Shown: positions 58,240 through 64,000 of the stretch, piece by piece
Layout of the letters: each line of letters begins with the position of its first letter
How positions within the stretch are numbered: position 1 is the stretch's first letter
From: Mobula hypostoma
Lineage: Eukaryota
NCBI RefSeq assembly: GCF_963921235.1
Contig: NC_086097.1
Location: 151,592,001 to 151,656,000, forward strand
Direction of reading: 5' to 3'
Length of the DNA: 64,000 nt
The notes under the pieces: generated by a model
Database searches by the model: none
What the model was told of the DNA's origin: nothing
Seen by the model: the letters and a program-made list of their open reading frames with translations, nothing else
Made by a program: the position numbers and the translations under genes

Positions 58240-59055
58240 AACATATAGAACAGAATAGCATAGGAACAAGCCCTTTGCCCCATGGTGTCCGTCGTAGAAA
58301 TTATGCTAATCCAAGCACGTGCTCTATATCCTTTCACTTCTTGCCCATTCTTGTGTCTGACTAAAGCCCTCTTAAACATTACTATTGTATCCAGGCAACA
58401 ACCTGGTTAATCTCTTCTGCATCCTCTCCAAAGCCTCCACATCCTTCATGTAATGCGGCTACCAGAACTGCACTCAGTAGTTCAAGTGCGGCCTAACCAA
58501 GGTTTTATACAACAGTGACATGTCTTCCTGTCTTCCTGATGGTTATATTCAACATCCTTTCCAATGAAAGTATGTATGTTGTTCAAAGAGAGATACAGAA
58601 CGATTCGTCTTTTTTTGTTACATGTACGTTGAAACATACCTGTGCAGTGAAATATGTCATTTGCATCAACGACCAACATGGTCCGAAGATGTACTTGGGG
58701 CAGCCCGTAGGTGTTGCCATGCCCTGGCATTGCATGCCCATAACTTACTCACCCTAACCTGTATGTCTTCAGAATGTGGGAGGAAATGGGAGCACCCAGG
58801 GTAACCTACACAGTGACAGGGAGAACATGCAAACACTTTTCTATCAATGGTGGAAATTAGACCATAAGAGCATAAGATATAGGAGCAAAATTAAGCCATT
58901 TGGCCCATCAAGTCTGCTCCACAATTTCATCATGGCTGATCTATTCCCTCTCAGGCCAACTTCCTGTCTTCTCCTTGTATCCCTCCATGCCCTGACTAGT
59001 CAGGAATCTATCAACCTCTACCTGAAATATACTCAATGATTTGGCCTCCACAGCC
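58240..59055 (-). mobile_element. Cluster of CR1 fragments and a V-SINE-like element (about 58585-58850)
   Basis: accagaactgcac..agta.ttcaagtgcggcct; tgtgggaggaaa..ggagcaccc; accataagagcataaga tail. Confidence 0.7.
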
Positions 59056-59679
59056 TAAATTGCTCACATACTTCCCTTTCTTTTTTGACAACTATACACT
59101 TTCAACAAAATTGTCATTCATATTTCCCAAATTTGCTAGCCTTCTCATTTTAAGGAACATGTTAGACCAGAATTCCTACCAGCTGACCTTTAAATTACTT
59201 CTATATGTCAGGGGTTGGCCTCACCCAATAACAGCTGCACCCAGTCTATTTTCCCCAGCTCCTATCCTATACTGTTATAATGAACCTTTTCATAATTTGT
59301 CTTTTAAATGACTTCCATTTGTTAGATGTGGACTTACCACTCTCAATCTACTTAACACAGCTCTTGTCTAACATTGTAGTAATTAGCTCTTTCCCTTGGG
59401 TCCAGTCCTATCCTTATCCTTAACTATCTGTAAACTTGCAGAGTCATGATCCTTGTTCACAAAATCCCACTAAAATACATTCACCTGGCCAGATTCTTTT
59501 CCCAAAACAAGGTTTAAGATGGTGCAGGTGAACCATGGCAACATTCTGAGGGGTATGTACTTTTAAAGATAACTTTTTTGTATTACTCTCACTGCAATCT
59601 GCGTGATGCAATTTCCCTCTAAGCAATGTGCTTTTAAATTAACTGAATGATCTGCAGATTTCATGATTGTCTGAATATC

Positions 59680-61520
59680 TTAGTGTCGAGTATGGCACCT
59701 TTAAGTGGACGAACGTTCATCATAATGGAAGGAAGTGAGGCAGGAGGGGGGGCCTCCAGGCCAGGCTGAAACGCAGAGGGACGAAGCCCCCCTCTCCCAG
59801 CATCTTGTTAGCAAATGTGCAGTCGCTGGAGAACAAAATTGACGACCTGGGGGCAAGATTGCTGTAACGGGAGGAAATGAGGGTCTGATGTCTGAGCTGT
59901 GTCTATGTCTGAGCAAGACTTGGCTTTCTCCCAGCACGCCAGATGCAGTGATCAGACCAGAAGGCTTCTCAGTTTACGGAATGGATTGAATTGCTGATTC
60001 AGAAAAGGCAAAAAGTTGGAGGTGTGCGTTTCATGATAAACCCTTGGTAGCGTTCTGATAACAGTGCCAAAGAAGATCATAGTAATTTGTCTCAGTGACT
60101 ATTGTCCAGTAGCATTTACATCCACAGTGAAGAAGTGCTTTGAGGGGTTGGTGATGAAACATATCAGCTCCTGACCTGGATTCGCTCCAATTTGCCTGCA
60201 GGTCCATAGCAGATGCCATCTGACCGGCTTTTCTCTCAATCCTGGAACTTCTGCACAGTAAAGATGTATACATCAGGATGTATTTAATTGATCATAACTC
60301 GGTATTCAATACCATCATCCCCTCAAAACTAATTAATATTCTCCAAGATCTTGGCCTCAATACTTCCGTGTGCAATTGGACCCTCTATTTCCGCACTTGC
60401 AAACCCCAGTCAGTTTGGATTGGCAACAGCATCTCCATGTTCTCAGGCAGCACAGGTGCACCACAAGGCTGTGTGCTTAGTCCTCTTGCTCTACTCACCT
60501 TACATTTATGACTGTGAGGCTAAGCATCGTTCCAATGCCATGTTCAAGTTTGCTGACAACACCACTGCCATAGGTCGAATCAAATGGGGTGATGAATCAG
60601 CATATTGATGGGAGACTGAAACTCTGTCTGAGTGGTACCACAACAACAGCCTCCGACTCTATCTCAGCAAGACCAAGGAGCTGATTATTGACTTCAGGAG
60701 GAGGAAATTAGAGGTCCATGAGCCGGTCCTCATTGGAAGATCAGAGGTGAAGAGGGTCAATAACTTTAAATTCCGCAGTGTTACTAGTTCAGAGGACCTA
60801 TCCTTGGTCCTGTGGTTACGGAGAAAGCATGGTAGTGCCTCTACTTTCTTCGGAGTTTGCAAAGATTCAGCTTGACATCTAAAACTTTGACAGATTTCTA
60901 TAGGTGCATGGTGGAAAGTATATTGACTGGTTGCACCACAGCCTGGTATGGAAACACCAATGCTCTTGAACAGGAAATCCTACAAGAAGTAGTGGATATA
61001 GCCCAGTCCATCACGGGTAAACAATTTCCGCGATTGAGTACATCTATACAAAATATTGTCACAGGAAAGCAGCATTCATCACAGGAAACCCACCACACAG
61101 CTCATGCTGCTGCTATCAGGAAGAATGTACAGGAGCCTCAGGACTCAGATCACCAGATTCAGGACGGTTATTACCCCTCAGCCGTGAGGCTTTGAACCAA
61201 TGGGGATAATTTCACTCAACTTCACTTCATCATTGAAATGTTCCCACAACTGATGGACTTACATTCAAGGACTCTTCATCTCATATTATCAATATTTTTT
61301 GCTTATTTATTATTATTACTACTTCTTCTTTCTTTTTGTATTTGCACAGTTTGTGGTCTTTTGCACAGTGGTTGTATACATCCAACTGGTGTGGTCTTTC
61401 ATTGCTTCTCTTATGGTTAGTGGATTTATTGAGTATGCTGCCAAGAAAATGAATCTCAGGATTATATATGGTGACATACATGTACTTTGATAAAAAATTT
61501 GCTTTGATCTTTGAACTTTA
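59680..61520 (+). mobile_element. Degenerate, internally deleted Rex1/Babar LINE including its 5' endonuclease start
   Basis: [65 protein letters not shown]; tail at 61480-61520. Confidence 0.85.
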
Positions 61521-61524
61521 ATCT

Positions 61525-62505
61525 ACTAGGTTCATCTTCCTTACCTGTAATGATCCTTGCATTAAAATAAATGTTTCTCAGCCCATCAATTGCACTCTGT
61601 TCATTTACCTGTTCCTGTCTATCCTTTTTTTCCATCCTACTTGACCTAATCCTTTTCGTCCCTTCAGTCTCCATTTATTGCCCTCATGCTTTGGTTTCCA
61701 AAACAATGCCAGACCACCCCCCTTCCCCCAGCCCAACCTCAATACCATGCTAGTTTAAACCACCTTGAATAGCACAGGCAAACCTCCCGGCAAGGCATTT
61801 GATGCACGTCCAGATTAAGTGCAACTCAAGAGTACAATGTACCAGAAGCCCCACATCCTGCACCAGCTTCTAGGAACACATTTAATTGTACTCTTCTTAT
61901 TCCTTGTCTTGCTAGCTTGTGGCACGGTGAATAATCCAGAGATTAATGAATCAGAATCAGGTTTATCGGCAAAGAATGTTAGTCAGGAATTTTGTCATTT
62001 CATGTCAGCAGTCCAGTGGAGGCATAGCAAATTACAATAAATTACAATATAAAAAATACATAACTAGTTGAAAATAAGAATAACAAGGTAGTATTCATGG
62101 GTTTATGGACCATTTGAAAATTTGATGGTGGGAGAAAGGAATCTGTTTTTGAAATACTGAGTGAAGGTCTTCAAGCTCCTATACCTCCTTCCTAATGGAG
62201 GTAATAAATAGAGGGCATGTTTTGGAAGGTGAGGACCATTAATGATAGATGCTGCTTATTCAAGGCACTGCCTTTTGAAGATGTCTTCAATGATGGGGAG
62301 TCTTGTGTCTGCGATTATTACTCACGATGCTTTGTTTCTTAACTTTCAGCATTAGCTTCTAAATTCTCATCGTAGGACTTCGTCTTTCTTTCTGCCTATG
62401 TTGTTAATATGGACCACCACCTCTGGCAGTTTACCCTCCTCTTTCAGAATGCCCTGTGCCCACACAGAGACTTCCTTGACCCTGGCACCAGGGAGGCAAC
62501 ATACA
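61525..62505 (-). mobile_element. Old CR1 fragment spanning the ORF1/ORF2 junction, interrupted by a Rex tail (about 61945-62310)
   Basis: tgttgcctccctggtgccagggtcaagga (CLPGARV); GGTTTAAACTAG; LRNIYFNARII. Confidence 0.75.
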
Positions 62506-62704
62506 ACTATAATGTATGCCATTGTGTTGAATGGAGAACTTTGATCCGGCAGTTAACTGATCTACTGAGTCTGAATGTTAACGACTAACTCTGAACTATG
62601 GACAAACTCAAAATCCACTAATGTTTCCAAGAGAAGGATGAATTGGAGAAGTTTAACCAATGAAAAACAAGGTTCTTAAATTCCTTTGCAACCTTTTTTG
62701 AATA

Positions 62705-63045
62705 CTTAGAACATAGAACAGTATAGCACAGTACAGACCATTTGACCCACGACAATGTGCTGGTCCTTTAACCTACTCCAAGATAATTTAACTCTTCGCT
62801 GCCACATAGCACTTAATTTTCTTTCACCCATGGTCTCATCTAACATTCTCTTAAATGCCCCTATTATATCATCATCTGCCACCAACCCAGCAGCATCTTC
62901 CATGCACCTACCACTCTTGGTGTAAAAAACTTATCTGACATCCGCCTACACTATTCTCCAAATACCTTAAAATTACAGCCCCTGGTAAAAGCCTTTGGCT
63001 ATCCACTTGATCTATGTCTCTTATCATCTTGTATTACTTGCCTAT
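62705..63045 (-). mobile_element. CR1 3' end
   Basis: agaacatagaacag tail; IGAFKRMLD. Confidence 0.7.
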
Positions 63046-63759
63046 TCAGAAGGACCTACAGCTAATTAGCAGAGAAATGGTAACCCTCTTTTTGAAACAT
63101 CTCTATGTGCTCTTTTTATTTGTCCTGCTGTCCAGAATACAGCTGGATGTTTGTTGCATTTTGACTAGTTATGAGACTTGCTTGACAGAACAAAATAGGT
63201 GCATTAAAAATAACAACAGGATATGATGCGAGGATTCAGCAGGTCAGGTAGAACCTGATGAAGTGGCTGTTGATCTGAAATATTGACTCTGCTCTCTACT
63301 CTCTGGAGATGATGTCTGACTTGTAAAGCTCTTTCTGGCATTTTCTATCTTTGTTTAGCATTCCTAGCATCTGCAGTATGTTCCTCCAATTAACTGGGCC
63401 CCTACTTCTTCAACCTCAAGGCAAACTGAAGCCACACTCTTACAATAATGATTTTCACTTTGGAAAGTAATTCACTTGGATGGACATCATAAAATCTTCC
63501 AGCATTTTCATCCACTACTGGCCTTCTACCAAATTCTTACAAAATCTGTCCCATTTTAGCTGTGCTAAGGACCATTCTGGGGTGTGCACAGTGGTTGGTG
63601 TGGAAGGGGGCTGGAAAGTGGAAGGCATAGCCAGTAGAATAATTAGTATGATAGAGTTTAGCACATTTCATGTATATTTACTATGATTCTAATTTGCCCT
63701 TCCAATATGACATTCCTTTGCTGTTCCTTTTATGATAGAGCCTTTGCAAAACTAATTAT

Positions 63760-64000
63760 TTTTATTCATTGATGGGATGTGGGTATCGCCAGCGAAACCA
63801 GCATTTATTGCTTATCCCTGGTTGCCCTTGAGAAGGTGGTGATGAGCTGCCTTCTTGAACCGCTGCAGTCCCTGAGGTGTAGGTACACCCACAGTGCTGT
63901 TAGGGAGGGAATTCCATGATTTTGACCCAGTGAAAATGAGGGAATGGTGATATGTTTCCAAGTCAGAATGGTGAGTGACTTGGAGGGGGACTTAGATGGT
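63760..64000 (-). mobile_element. LINE 3' end (CR1/L2-type), runs off the window
   Basis: tttttatt then cttgagaaggtggtgatgagctgccttcttgaaccgctgcag; homologous to about 40680-40900. Confidence 0.65.

Noticed and set aside
59650..59745. Apparent exon ctgcag|...|gtgagg
   Set aside because: Continues directly into the Rex1 N-terminal basic region (RGRRGGLQARL)

Overview
Vertebrate non-coding DNA almost entirely tiled by transposable elements. The mix of CR1/HER1-type LINEs, Penelope-like elements, Rex1/Babar LINEs and V-SINEs suggests a cartilaginous fish, probably a ray (inference). I cannot support any host protein-coding exon, rRNA, tRNA gene or CRISPR array. Main elements: (1) two near-identical young CR1 LINEs in inverted orientation, one with an intact 1010-codon endonuclease+RT ORF2 and the end of an SGNH-esterase ORF1; (2) a young 5'-truncated Penelope-like element (RT + GIY-YIG) whose 3' repeat carries an intact minimal hammerhead ribozyme; (3) a 3.3-kb hAT transposon with a perfect 8-bp TSD; (4) a decayed Charlie/Buster-type hAT; (5) a decayed R4/Dong-type LINE; (6) several solo LTRs with TSDs and two MITE copies. 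The most interesting signal is the CR1 ORF1/ORF2 junction. ORF2 has no AUG before the middle of its endonuclease domain, lies in the -1 frame, and overlaps ORF1 by 16 nt containing a canonical U_UUA_AAC slippery heptamer. That heptamer recurs in a divergent CR1 copy, suggesting programmed -1 ribosomal frameshifting. Boundaries of old degenerate elements are approximate, and family names rest on motif recognition, not database searches.
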